From: Acidimicrobiia bacterium UBA2766
GTDB lineage: Bacteria > Actinomycetota > Acidimicrobiia > UBA2766
DNA: 64,000 nt
Assembly: GCA_002352645.1 (NCBI GenBank)
Contig: DEIU01000039.1
Coordinates: 67,656-131,655, forward strand
Direction: 5' to 3'
The position numbers and the translations under genes were made by a program. The notes under the pieces were generated by a model that was not told the origin of the DNA, searched no databases, and saw only the letters and a list, made by a program, of their open reading frames with translations. Positions 31,416 to 41,008 of the stretch are shown here, one piece after another (within the stretch, counting starts at the first letter, position 1; every line of letters begins with the position of its first letter).

Positions 31416-32165
31416 TCAGCTTTTTTCGGCGACGAGTACAGCTTTTTCGTGCGGTGTTGGCGGGATTTCCCCAAGGCCTCCGTAGCAGTGCACCTCACAA
31501 AATCCTGCTTCTTGCAGGGTTTCCACAAGTTTGGTGAGAGAGTAGATTTGTTGATGGCGGGAGAATTCGCTGCGTGTGCCGTCTGGCGCGACAACGGTGA
31601 GCTTGCTGTGTAGCTGCCCGCTCACAATGTCGAATTGTCCTTGTTTCAGGATAATGGTGTCGTCTGGTCGGATTTCCCAGGCGTTTTCCGGCATGATGGT
31701 CGTCATGTCGCGGTGCATGGTCTCAATCAGGAATTTTCCTCCTGGGCGGAGCACGCGGTGGGCTTCCCGCAAGACGGCCATATTTTCGCGGTCGTCGGCG
31801 AAGAGCCCAATAGAAGTCGCCAGATTGAGGACAGCATCGACGGTATTGTCTTCGACGGGAAGAGACCGCAGGTCTCCCTGTTGGAGTTGGAGAGACACGC
31901 CAGAGGCTTGTGCCCGGGATTTGGCTTCTTCCAAAAGGAATTCGTCAAGGTCTATACCCAGTACTGAGAAACCCCAGGCTGCAAGGCGAACGGCATGCCG
32001 TCCAAAGCCACACGGCGCATCTAAAATCACTGCTCCCGGTGTGAGACGAAGCAGCTTCCAGACGGCTTCGGCTTCGGCTTCGGCCTGTTGATCGAGCAGA
32101 TCAATTTCCCTGCTGCGCTGGTGATATTCTCCATACTCGCGCCACCATTCGTTCATAGGGGCCAT
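31416..32165 (-). CDS. Class I SAM-dependent methyltransferase
   Basis: ILDAPCGFGRHA motif I, GIDL, QGDLR, VLRPGGKFLI. Confidence 0.9.
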   Translation of the reverse strand: MAPMNEWWREYGEYHQRSREIDLLDQQAEAEAEAVWKLLRLTPGAVILDAPCGFGRHAVRLAAWGFSVLGIDLDEFLLEEAKSRAQASGVSLQLQQGDLRSLPVEDNTVDAVLNLATSIGLFADDRENMAVLREAHRVLRPGGKFLIETMHRDMTTIMPENAWEIRPDDTIILKQGQFDIVSGQLHSKLTVVAPDGTRSEFSRHQQIYSLTKLVETLQEAGFCEVHCYGGLGEIPPTPHEKAVLVAEKS

Positions 32166-32235
32166 GCTAGTCGGGATGCATGACCCTGGTTGATCGGGAC
32201 GCGCCCAGCCTTGGTGCAGGTGCACGAAGGGACTC

Positions 32236-33255
32236 TCAATTTTCACTTACGATTTCGCACCAGAAGGATCCGGCTGGAGTCGCCATGAGAAGGTGCTGGG
32301 CTATTTGCCCTTTTCCGATGGCCATGCAGAGTTCTTCACCCGACATCACAGTCGGAATCGAAAGCATGGCTTCAATATCGAGATTATGCAGTCGGGCTGC
32401 GATATCGCCCGCGACCACGTTCACGATTTCACCAATCGCGTCGCGAATATCATCGGTTTCATCGGGAGCAAGCTCGAACCCGATGAAGCTGCTTGCCATG
32501 CGATACGCCTCGTGTTCATGGAACACCATGCGTAATTGCCAGGAGGCTGTTCCCCCGAAACCTAGAATGCCTGCGATCGCGTCGGCAGTGGGGATCATGT
32601 CGGTTCGTACGTGAGCGATCTCCTTCCAACTGCATGCTTCAGCAAGTGTTTCACTCACGCTGGCAGCGACGGTTTCTGTCACGGTCTCGAGAAAGTCAGG
32701 AAGCGTGGTCCATTTGAAATGAGAGGAGGTATCTGCGGGTTCTGCTGGATTTTCTTGAGGTTTTTTTTCGGTTCTCGTGATGCCGCAAGAGAACTCTCCA
32801 TCTGGAATACGAAAGATGGCCCATTTTTCTTGCTGGTTTGATGGGGTCGAGAAAACGATGTCGCGTGCGCGCATCGTGGTAGGGAGTGTGAGCTCGAGCT
32901 TGTGGCGACGCGCTGTTTCGCTGTTGGTGTATTGTCCTGCGACCACATTGACAAATTCTCCGATAATGTCGAAGAGGTCGTCGAGTAAGTTGTCGATTTC
33001 TGTGGCGAAGAAGTGTTTTGCCAAGGTCTGGATAAGGCTTGGCCGGCATACAATGCGGATTTGACAAGGCAGCTCGCCCGCCAAAGGCATAACCCCAATC
33101 AGAACATCGCCTTTTGGGGCCTTATCGGAGATTTTGAATGGCACCCATTCCCAATCGGCGCCAGAGCGAAGGGTCTCTTCGACTGCTTTGAAGACCTCCT
33201 CCGCTATTTCCGAAATTCCTGTTTCAGAATCTTCAATGGTGTCTTGGGTTCCCAT
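32236..33255 (-). CDS. Tandem CheX/CheC-like phosphatase-domain protein
   Basis: Two repeats, each with the E-x-x-N motif: DIIGEFVNVVAG...LTLPT and DAIGEIVNVVAG...LSIPTVMSG. Confidence 0.8.
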   Translation of the reverse strand: MGTQDTIEDSETGISEIAEEVFKAVEETLRSGADWEWVPFKISDKAPKGDVLIGVMPLAGELPCQIRIVCRPSLIQTLAKHFFATEIDNLLDDLFDIIGEFVNVVAGQYTNSETARRHKLELTLPTTMRARDIVFSTPSNQQEKWAIFRIPDGEFSCGITRTEKKPQENPAEPADTSSHFKWTTLPDFLETVTETVAASVSETLAEACSWKEIAHVRTDMIPTADAIAGILGFGGTASWQLRMVFHEHEAYRMASSFIGFELAPDETDDIRDAIGEIVNVVAGDIAARLHNLDIEAMLSIPTVMSGEELCMAIGKGQIAQHLLMATPAGSFWCEIVSEN

Positions 33256-33443
33256 GTAGCACTTCTCGGAATTTTAGCGAGAGAGCTTGACCGAGAATCG
33301 CAAAGGAACATGAGAATTGGGGATGTTCAACAGGTTTTGCTGTGGTTTTTTCGTGAGATTTGCGAGAGAGAATGGCGAAATGAGATGCCCAGCCTATAAC
33401 TGGTTTGGCAGAAAAATGAGAACCCGTTACACTGACTCCGTTT

Positions 33444-33515
33444 TCGGGGGTGGTGTAATTGGCAACACACGTGGTTCTGGTCCACGCATTGGGGGTTCGA
33501 GTCCTCCCTCCCGAG
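33444..33515 (+). tRNA. tRNA-Gln (anticodon CTG)
   Basis: Acceptor TCGGGGG/CTCCCGA, D-loop TAATTGGCAA, anticodon arm CGTGG-TTCTGGT-CCACG, T-loop TTCGAGT; CCA not encoded. Confidence 0.96.
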
Positions 33516-33530
33516 CTTTGCCCCCGCTTT

Positions 33531-33604
33531 GCCCCCATGGTCTAGCGGCCTAGGACGCCGCCCTCTCAAGGCGGATGCCGCCGGTTCGAATCCGGCTGGG
33601 GGCG
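33531..33604 (+). tRNA. tRNA-Glu (anticodon CTC)
   Basis: Acceptor GCCCCCA/TGGGGGC, anticodon arm CCGCC-CTCTCAA-GGCGG, T-arm GCCGG-TTCGAAT-CCGGC. Confidence 0.96.
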
Positions 33605-33608
33605 CACC

Positions 33609-33646
33609 AAGAACCCGCAGGTGACACGCCTGCGGGTTCTTTTTTT
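33609..33646 (+). terminator. Rho-independent terminator after the tRNA pair
   Basis: AAGAACCCGCAGG ... CCTGCGGGTTCTT stem followed by a T-tract. Confidence 0.9.
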
Positions 33647-34042
33647 CCCGTCCGAAAATCCGCAGGGATTGCCGGCTCGCTTCTGCTGTAGCGGATGAGA
33701 TCTCGTTTCGGTCTGCGCGCGCCGGCCGTGCCGGTCACTATGGATGCGGGGCCTCTGCCGGCTGCGTCTTTGCGTATCCCCGGACATACGGGTCGTACTG
33801 TTTTGTCTGACTGCGTTGCTTGTCGCGAACCCGAGATATTGGATACGTATTTGTTTTTAGGCTGATTTGGAGATGGCGATCTTCTTCCTCTTTGTGGTCG
33901 GGGGGGGATGTTTGTGACGGTAGTGGTAGGGGAAGATGTTTGCAATGGCATAAGATTGCGTGCGTGGTGGCGGGTGGTGGTTACCGGGATGACCGGGGTT
34001 GCCGGAGGTTTTGTGTCAGGGAGCGGACAGCAGGAAAACGGG

Positions 34043-35308
34043 TTGTCGGAACTTGGCTTTGACAGTGAGGAGAGCCCGTTTCCTTTTCAAGCTTTTCGTG
34101 AGCGGACTTTTGCGGCTTTCCGTCATCGGTCTTTTCGTTGGGTTTTTTCGGGGATGACTGTTTCTACCGTGGGCACTTGGCTGCATCAAGCCGTTGTCGG
34201 TTTTTTGGTGCAAGAGCAGTTTCACAATCCAACGCTGACCGGCCTGGTGTCGACAGTGCAGTTTGCTCCGACGCTTGTGCTTGGGCTGTTTGGCGGGCTC
34301 CTTGCAGACCGGTACAACCGCCGTGATCTATTGAGGTTTCTCCTGCTATTTGAGCTGGTGTGTTCGGCTTTTTTGGCATGGGCACTTTGGAAGGATCAGG
34401 CGTCTTTGGGGGTCTTTTACTCTGTCACTTTTCTTTTGGGTGCCGCCTTTGCATTGCGCGGCCCAGCCCAGTTTGCTCTTTTGCCCTCACTTGTTGCTGA
34501 ACAAGAGGTGTCGAGCGCGATCAGTTTGAACAGTATCCAGTTCAACACAGGTCGTGTGATCGGGCCTTTTCTGGGTGGGGCGATGCTGGAAACAGTGGGA
34601 GCAGCAGCAACGATTGCGGTTGATGCCTGCACCTATTTGTGTTTTTTACTGGCCTTGCAGTTCGGTCTCACTGGGCCCAAAAGGAAAAAGCATCCTAGGC
34701 AGAAAGGGCAGGGGGGCGTGTGGGAAGGCGTGCGCTATGTGTGGGCTCGGCCCTGGTTGCTCGGAGTGTTTCTTTTGCTTGCCGTACAAGGCTTGTGTGC
34801 TGCCCACATCATCACTTTGTTGCCGGCGTATGCCGAAGGGGATCTTGGTCTGGGCCCGAGTGGGTTTGGTCGTTTGCTGGCAGCAATTGGCATTGGCGGA
34901 GTGGCTGGGGCGATGCTCTCGGCAGGCGTGGTGGAACGAGTGCCGAGACACCTCCTCGGACCGAGTGTGCTTGTCGCAAATGGGATAGTGCTTCTCGGTG
35001 TATCTGCTGCCCGTTCCCTCTGGATCGTGCAAATCATGTTTGTCTTTGTTGGCGTGTTCTACATCGGGGGGCGGACCTTGCTGAACACAGCGGTGCAGAT
35101 GGGGATTGTGGATGAGATGCGGGGACGGGTGAGTGCGCTCTGGATTGTTGTATTCACTGGATCTTTTGCCTTGGCTGCCCCTTTCTGGGGGCTTCTCTCT
35201 GATCGGATTGAGACTTCAACTTCGTATTTTATTGGGGGAGTGGCGTGTCTCAGCTTTGGTGGTTTGGCGTTTACGCGTCTTTCTTGGCTGGAGCGCCCGG
35301 CGCGTTGA
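34043..35308 (+). CDS. MFS transporter (DHA3/H+ antiporter-like)
   Basis: AFRHRSFR, GGLLADRYNRR motif A, many hydrophobic segments, RGRV in the second half; start uncertain. Confidence 0.9.
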   Translation: MSELGFDSEESPFPFQAFRERTFAAFRHRSFRWVFSGMTVSTVGTWLHQAVVGFLVQEQFHNPTLTGLVSTVQFAPTLVLGLFGGLLADRYNRRDLLRFLLLFELVCSAFLAWALWKDQASLGVFYSVTFLLGAAFALRGPAQFALLPSLVAEQEVSSAISLNSIQFNTGRVIGPFLGGAMLETVGAAATIAVDACTYLCFLLALQFGLTGPKRKKHPRQKGQGGVWEGVRYVWARPWLLGVFLLLAVQGLCAAHIITLLPAYAEGDLGLGPSGFGRLLAAIGIGGVAGAMLSAGVVERVPRHLLGPSVLVANGIVLLGVSAARSLWIVQIMFVFVGVFYIGGRTLLNTAVQMGIVDEMRGRVSALWIVVFTGSFALAAPFWGLLSDRIETSTSYFIGGVACLSFGGLAFTRLSWLERPAR

Positions 35309-36110
35309 CCCCGGCGCGTTGATGGGCATTTGCGGGTCGTTCAGTGACACGTGTGTCGCTTCCGGAAGTATTGTTGGCGGGTTTTCTTCTCGGGTGCTTT
35401 GCCTGTAGTGGCGTGGGCTGCCGGCGGTCTGGGCTTTTTCTGTGATCTTTTTATGACATTGCCTTCCGGTGTGGGGAAACAAAACGCGCGAGTAATGCAA
35501 AATCCTGTTTTTTTGCAGTCTCCTCCCGCGATTTTTCGCAAAAGGTGATATTGCTTTTTTTGCTGCCGATCGCTCTCCGTGAAGCCATGCATGCCCGCTA
35601 CTTCAAGAGATCCTCTGGATGGAAGCCTCGTGTGGAAGAGAAAAACTTTTCTCGCCTTTTCTCACAAGGTGGTGGCCACAATTGGATGAACTGACTGGAT
35701 GGCCAAAGGCCATGAGAGGCCACAAAAGGTGACAAGGCAGTGTGCTTGTTCCTGGTTGGTTCCTGGAAAGGAACACGGAAAGGAACACGCAAGATCGCTG
35801 GTCGATCGGTCAGGCAAAGTCATTCTGGAGCGAGAGGTGGAGCGAGAGGCCAGGATTCCTCGGAGGAGAGCGGTTGGGTGTCGACAATGACGCGAAAAAG
35901 GCTGCGCCAAATGATCCTGGCAAATGACTCTGTCGAGCCGCCGGTCTTGTGGAGAATGTGCTGGAGCGCGAAGACTGGGGTTGCGCCGGAGGGCGCTGTC
36001 GGTATCAGAGCTTTGTGGCGCTTGCCCAGGCAGCTGGTCAGAGGCCGGATAAACGACTGACGGGCATGGTTTCAGTGTGGAATAAGAGTGCTTTGCAATA
36101 GGAGGTGCCG

Positions 36111-36683
36111 GTGAACAGGACAGAGCTCGTCAAGTCGGTTGCTGAACAATCCAATCTGACGGTAAAAGAAACTGGGGTTGTGATCGACAGCCTTATCGAC
36201 ACGGTGGAGCGTCAGGTCAAGAAGGGGGAGCGAGTCACGATTCCGGGTTTTGGTACCTGGGAACGCCGTCGAAAAAGCGCCCGTACTGGACGGAACCCGC
36301 AGACAGGAGAGCCTCTTAAAATCAAAGCATACAATGCTCCCGCTTTTCGTCCTGGCCAGACATTCAAGGATATTGTGGCAGGCAGGGTGAAAATGCCGGT
36401 CGTTCCCAAGAAGCGGAGCACCGCAGCACGCGCGGCAGTCGTAAGGAAGGCTCCTGGAAGAGTCGCGGCAAAAGCAGCCGTTCCAAAGAGAGCCGGAGCA
36501 GCTACGAGAGCGGGAGCGGCCACAAAGGTCCCGAAACGTGCTTCTTCCCGTGTCGGATCCACTGTTCGTGCGGTTTCGAGTGCACAATCGCTTAAAGGCG
36601 CAAGGGGAGGAGCCGCAAAAAAGACCGGCGGAAAAGCTGTGGGAAAGAAAGAACCGCGGGCGTCTGGAGCAAGAAAGCGCTGA
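36111..36683 (+). CDS. hup: HU-family DNA-binding protein with Lys/Ala/Arg-rich C-terminal tail (HupB/HupS-like)
   Basis: NRTELV...VTIPGFGTW...ARTGRNPQTGE...PAFRPG, then a basic tail; AGGAGG RBS. Confidence 0.92.
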   Translation: MNRTELVKSVAEQSNLTVKETGVVIDSLIDTVERQVKKGERVTIPGFGTWERRRKSARTGRNPQTGEPLKIKAYNAPAFRPGQTFKDIVAGRVKMPVVPKKRSTAARAAVVRKAPGRVAAKAAVPKRAGAATRAGAATKVPKRASSRVGSTVRAVSSAQSLKGARGGAAKKTGGKAVGKKEPRASGARKR

Positions 36684-36756
36684 CATGTGATTTGCCGCAA
36701 GCTGAGCAGCTGAACACACGCGAGGGCCGGCAGGCCAATTTATTACTGCTCCTCGC

Positions 36757-36788
36757 CGAAAAACCCCAAAGTACTTTGGGGTTTTTCG
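36757..36788. terminator. Perfect 32-bp palindrome downstream of HU (probable bidirectional terminator)
   Basis: CGAAAAACCCCAAAGT|ACTTTGGGGTTTTTCG. Confidence 0.7.
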
Positions 36789-37523
36789 TTTGTGTCCTGC
36801 GGAAAGCAGAGGAATCTGGGGCTGGAGTATACAGCGGGCGCTGGGTGGGGCGGTGTCCGTGGAGGTTGTGGGTGTGCTCGTGACGAGCAGGGTCTCACCT
36901 GTATCTTCTGTTCTGTGGAAAGAAATGGGGAAACTGGAAGGGCTTGCTGATTACTCAATGAGTGAGTGCGGCGATCAGGACAGGAGTCCTGCGTTTTCGA
37001 GATCCGAACGAACCTTCGGGATCTGCTTGCTGCATTTACTCCAATTTTGTGTCTCCCACTGGATTTGCCCAGTCACAATGCTGGGATGGACTTGATAGTG
37101 CAACGCTGCTGCATTGATCGCCGATCTCGATGGGCATGAGTGTCCTACAGGACGGTTAGGTTCTGGTCACCGGCATGATCGCCGGCCGGGGGGATACATG
37201 TAACAGTCCTGGCTACGATCATTGATGTGCAGGGCCAGGATGGGCGATACCCAGCTTGAGAATGGGCATCGCGGGCGACAACAGTGCGGTGTGCTCATGT
37301 GGGGGAATCCTGAGCAGACGGCGATTGCAAAAAATTGTATCCGGTCCCATTGGGTGTTTCTGTTTGGCTGCCTCCGTGCTGGGATCGTGTTCTTGGAAGA
37401 GACGACCCGGTTGCAGGAATGACCTGGGAAGCGAGTCGTTTCCATGCCCGTTCCCGATCGCAGAACGCTTGCTTCCGATTTCCCTGTTTCTCACGGGAGG
37501 GTGTGCTGGTGGCGGGCAGGGGC

Positions 37524-38330
37524 TTAGGTGCGGAGTTTTTTGAAGACTTCGGCGTGTGGGAGGTTGAAAGGTTTTCCCGACTCTTGCGTCCATTCGTGTA
37601 CGCGTGTTTGGAAGGCAGCGATTCCTTGGGGGTCGGCTTTTCCCTTTAGGTCTCTTTTGATGTCCATTGTTGATTTGTATTGGGTTTTGTGGGAGAGGAG
37701 TGCCGCTATTTTGTCTTCCAGGGTGTGGGATATTTCTTCGGCGTGATCAGGGGTGTTGGTCTCGAAAAGGAAAAGCTTGTCCGGGCGATGGGCGGGGAGT
37801 CCGGAATCGGGGTAGACCGAGGGTTCTCGGGCTGCGGTGACTGCGTCGCACGCGAGGAAGCCGGCTTCTCGGTGGTCGGGGTGTAGGCGGTAGGGTTTCC
37901 AGGGGTCGTGTGCGAAGATGACGGTCGGGCGAATCTCTCGTATCCAGAGGGCGACTTCTCTGCGGGTGTCGAGATTGTTGACGAGGAATCCGTCTTCGAA
38001 GCCGGCGAAGTCGACGCGTTGTACTCCGATGGCCTCTGCTGCGGCGCGTTGTTCTTTTTGGCGCAAGAGGACGAGGTCTTCTGAGGAAATGTCTCCCCAG
38101 GAGCCCTTGGACCCGTCTGTGAGGACGAGGTACGCGCAGAAAGTCCCGGCTTTTGCCCATTTGGCGAAGGTTCCCGCGACGAAGAATTCGGCGTCATCAG
38201 GGTGGGCACAGATGGCGAGGGCGCGTGCGGGGGCTGCCATGTTTGTTGTGGGAGTCTGGGCTTCTTGCACTGTGGCGTTTGTGACTTGGGTTTGACCGGC
38301 TTGGCGTTCCGGGCCCCAGGCCCGTGTCAT
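37524..38330 (-). CDS. PIG-L/LmbE-family deacetylase
   Basis: AHPDDAE, LTDGSKG, RQKEQRAAA, HPDH, HKTQ; ATGA overlap with the cofC stop. Confidence 0.9.
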   Translation of the reverse strand: MTRAWGPERQAGQTQVTNATVQEAQTPTTNMAAPARALAICAHPDDAEFFVAGTFAKWAKAGTFCAYLVLTDGSKGSWGDISSEDLVLLRQKEQRAAAEAIGVQRVDFAGFEDGFLVNNLDTRREVALWIREIRPTVIFAHDPWKPYRLHPDHREAGFLACDAVTAAREPSVYPDSGLPAHRPDKLFLFETNTPDHAEEISHTLEDKIAALLSHKTQYKSTMDIKRDLKGKADPQGIAAFQTRVHEWTQESGKPFNLPHAEVFKKLRT

Positions 38331-39067
38331 AGGGGGGAGTCGCCTTTTTCGGGTTTTTCGTTCTTGTGGTTGCTTTTGTGGTTGCTGTGTTGGGGGTTGG
38401 TGGTGTGTTTTTTCTCGGCGCGCAGGCTCTCCAGGCTATTGAGGTCGGCTGGGGTATCGATGTCGAAGGCGAGACCAGGGCGTTCCAGGGTGCGTACGGT
38501 CAGAGAAGCCGAGAGTGCTGCTTCTCGGTGTCGGGTGAAAGAACCTTGGCCAAAAGAGAGGGGAAAACCAAGCGGGAGGCTGGTGGCGAGAGCATTGGTC
38601 CCCTGGCCAGATTTGTCAGGGGCCAAATGCACTTGGTCTTCGTCGACTGCGAGCAGTTCTTCCACGTCTTCTGCAGTGAGAAGGGGAAGGTCTGCGAAGA
38701 GAATGCCGAGCACTGTTGCCCCGGTCACGTTCGCAATGCCAGAGGCCCAGTCGAGGCCCTGGTTTAACGTGTGTTGTGGGTTTGTTGCCTGGTGTGTGCC
38801 GATCGAGAGTGGCTCTTCGAGGACGGCAGCGCCAAGGTTGCGGGCGAAGCTCCAGATTTCTTTGTCGCGAGAGAGCACTGCAGTCGGGCCGACCTCCATT
38901 GCGGTCTGCACAACATGAGTGGCCATCTCGCGTACAAGCGTGAAGCGGGCATCGTCTGGCATATGCTCGCGCAGCCGTTCTTTGGCGCTGAGGAATCCCC
39001 GGAGTGGAATGACAATGAGCCTCACCCGGGAAAAGGCCTTGTCACTGGGCGGACTGTGAACTTGCAT
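38327..39067 (-). CDS. cofC: 2-phospho-L-lactate/PEP guanylyltransferase (F420 biosynthesis)
   Basis: VIPLRGFLSAKERL, ADLPLL, APDKSGQGTNAL, FGQGSFTRH, DIDTPADL; divergent from plsC-gpsA. Confidence 0.9.
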   Translation of the reverse strand: MQVHSPPSDKAFSRVRLIVIPLRGFLSAKERLREHMPDDARFTLVREMATHVVQTAMEVGPTAVLSRDKEIWSFARNLGAAVLEEPLSIGTHQATNPQHTLNQGLDWASGIANVTGATVLGILFADLPLLTAEDVEELLAVDEDQVHLAPDKSGQGTNALATSLPLGFPLSFGQGSFTRHREAALSASLTVRTLERPGLAFDIDTPADLNSLESLRAEKKHTTNPQHSNHKSNHKNEKPEKGDSPL

Positions 39068-39171
39068 GAAGAAAGAATACGGCGAGATAGAATGCTGTAG
39101 CCAGATGAGTTGCTGTAGTGCAGACGAGGGAGCACTGCAGTTTCATGGCCTTTTACTGTTATTGTAGCCGG

Positions 39172-39978
39172 ATGCGCGACTGGTTGTACTTGGTTACAGA
39201 GGGGTTGTTAACTCCTGTAGTCAGATATCTTTTTCGTTTTGATGTAGAGGGTGTGGACCGTATCCCAAAAGACGGGCCCGTGCTCCTGGCCTCAAATCAT
39301 CTTTCTCCTTTTGATCCGATTGTGTATGGGAAAGTTGGTCTTAATCTAAAGCCCAAGCGATATCCCCGTTTTATGGCGAAGGCAGAACTTTTTCAAAAGC
39401 AGCCTTTGAGCTGGTGTCTGGGGAAAATGCATCAGATTCCTGTGTACCGAGGGCAGCGTTCGGTACGAGAGTCTATGGATGCTGCGCGTGCTGCCCTCAC
39501 AGAGGGAGAATTCGCGATTATCTTTCCTGAGGGCACGATTTCTCCACTTTTTGTGCCGATGAAGCCCCATAGTGGGGTCGGACGTTTGGCGCGGGATACG
39601 GGTGTTCCTGTTGTTCCTGCTGGTCTCTGGGGAACACAACGTGTGTGGCCGGGGTACCGGTCTCAGCGAGATTTTTCTCCCCGGCATCCTCTCACCATTA
39701 CCTTTGGCGCCCCTGTGCGCTATGCGTCAACGGACCGTCCTGCGGTTGTTGCACGCGACATCATGTCGCGTGTCGTGGAGTGTGTCGAGGTGTCACGCGA
39801 GCGCTACCCCAGGTCTGAGAATGAAGACCCGTGGTGGGAAGTCGAGAAGTGGCCCACAGCACGAGCGGGGCACTGGCGACCAAAAGCTATATCGGGAATG
39901 AAGGACGAGGAGGTGCTTGCTGCCGCCCATGAGGCGCTGTATGGAGAGATAGGTAGGAGTGCCCTCGAAGGGGAGTGA
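39172..39978 (+). CDS. Lysophospholipid (1-acyl-sn-glycerol-3-phosphate) acyltransferase family
   Basis: NHLSPFD (HxxxxD), FMAKAELF, IFPEGT, VPVVPAGLWGT. Confidence 0.92.
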   Translation: MRDWLYLVTEGLLTPVVRYLFRFDVEGVDRIPKDGPVLLASNHLSPFDPIVYGKVGLNLKPKRYPRFMAKAELFQKQPLSWCLGKMHQIPVYRGQRSVRESMDAARAALTEGEFAIIFPEGTISPLFVPMKPHSGVGRLARDTGVPVVPAGLWGTQRVWPGYRSQRDFSPRHPLTITFGAPVRYASTDRPAVVARDIMSRVVECVEVSRERYPRSENEDPWWEVEKWPTARAGHWRPKAISGMKDEEVLAAAHEALYGEIGRSALEGE

Positions 39979-39982
39979 TCGG

Positions 39983-41008
39983 GTGTCCGGTGTATCGGAT
40001 CCTGTCGTTGCAGTGATTGGAGCGGGGTCATGGGGGACCACCGTTGCTGCGCTTGCTTGTGAGAAGGGCTTGCCCACCCGGTTGTGGGCACGCCGAGAAG
40101 AAGTCGCTGTACAAATTAATAAGGGATATTCTTCTCCTTATTTGCCAGGAGTGTTCTTACCATTTGGTCTTCGGGCTACGACTGATTTGTCGGAGACTTT
40201 GGAAAATGCCTCTATCGTGATTGTTGCGGTGCCTTCTCATGCATTCCGGGCAGTTACTTGCGAAATGGCGGGAATCGCCGATCCGGATGCGGTGTATCTG
40301 TCGCTGGCGAAGGGCATCGAACAAGGGTCTCTGCTTCGGATGTCGGAAATTTTGCGAGAGACTCTTCCTGGTGTACAGGTAGAACGTGTGGGGGCTTTAT
40401 CCGGCCCTAATCTGGCTCTGGAAATTGCACGCCGTCAGCCTGCGACAACTGTGATTGCAATACCGGATCCAGAGATCGCTGATCTGTTGCAGCGTATGTT
40501 CATATCGCCGACTTTCCGTGTCTACACCAATCCCGACCTTGTGGGAGTAGAGCTGGGTGGTGCCATCAAAAACGTGATGGCGATTGCTGTGGGAGTCGCG
40601 GACGGTGTTGGTGTGGGAGACAACGCCAAAGCTGCCTTGGTGACGCGGGGTCTTGCTGAACTGACCCGCCTGGGCGTGAAACTTGGGGGTCACCCCATGA
40701 CTTTTGCGGGTCTTGCCGGGGTAGGAGACCTTATCGCAACTTGCATGAGTCCATATTCGCGGAACCGGCACTTGGGAGAAGAGCTTGGCAAGGGACGTTC
40801 GCTTGCCGAGGTTTTGGATGAGATGAAGATGGTGGCCGAAGGCGTCTCTTCCACGCGGGCGATTTGCGATTTGGCGATGCGCGCCGAAGTCGAAATGCCG
40901 ATTGCCGAGCAAGTCGCCAAACTTTTGTATGAAGGAGAAAATCCTATAGATATGGCGATGTCTTTGCTGACGCGGGAAGCAAAGTCTGAGATTGATGGGT
41001 ACAGGTGA
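39983..41008 (+). CDS. gpsA: NAD(P)H-dependent glycerol-3-phosphate dehydrogenase
   Basis: GAGSWGT, KGIE, SGPNLA, GGAIKNV, GDNAKAALVTRG, GVGDLIATC, SRNR, AEG. Confidence 0.96.
   Translation: MSGVSDPVVAVIGAGSWGTTVAALACEKGLPTRLWARREEVAVQINKGYSSPYLPGVFLPFGLRATTDLSETLENASIVIVAVPSHAFRAVTCEMAGIADPDAVYLSLAKGIEQGSLLRMSEILRETLPGVQVERVGALSGPNLALEIARRQPATTVIAIPDPEIADLLQRMFISPTFRVYTNPDLVGVELGGAIKNVMAIAVGVADGVGVGDNAKAALVTRGLAELTRLGVKLGGHPMTFAGLAGVGDLIATCMSPYSRNRHLGEELGKGRSLAEVLDEMKMVAEGVSSTRAICDLAMRAEVEMPIAEQVAKLLYEGENPIDMAMSLLTREAKSEIDGYR

Noticed and set aside
33444..33646. tRNA pair as the attachment site of an integrated element
   Set aside because: No integrase or transposase in the window, and no duplicated tRNA 3' end was noticed
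35600..36060. Possible frameshifted gene or leuCD remnant upstream of HU
   Set aside because: No frame resembles LeuC, LeuD or another family I can recognise
36880..37520. Possible pseudogene between HU and the PIG-L gene
   Set aside because: Composition is more balanced than other gaps, but all frames are short and unrecognisable; would need blastx
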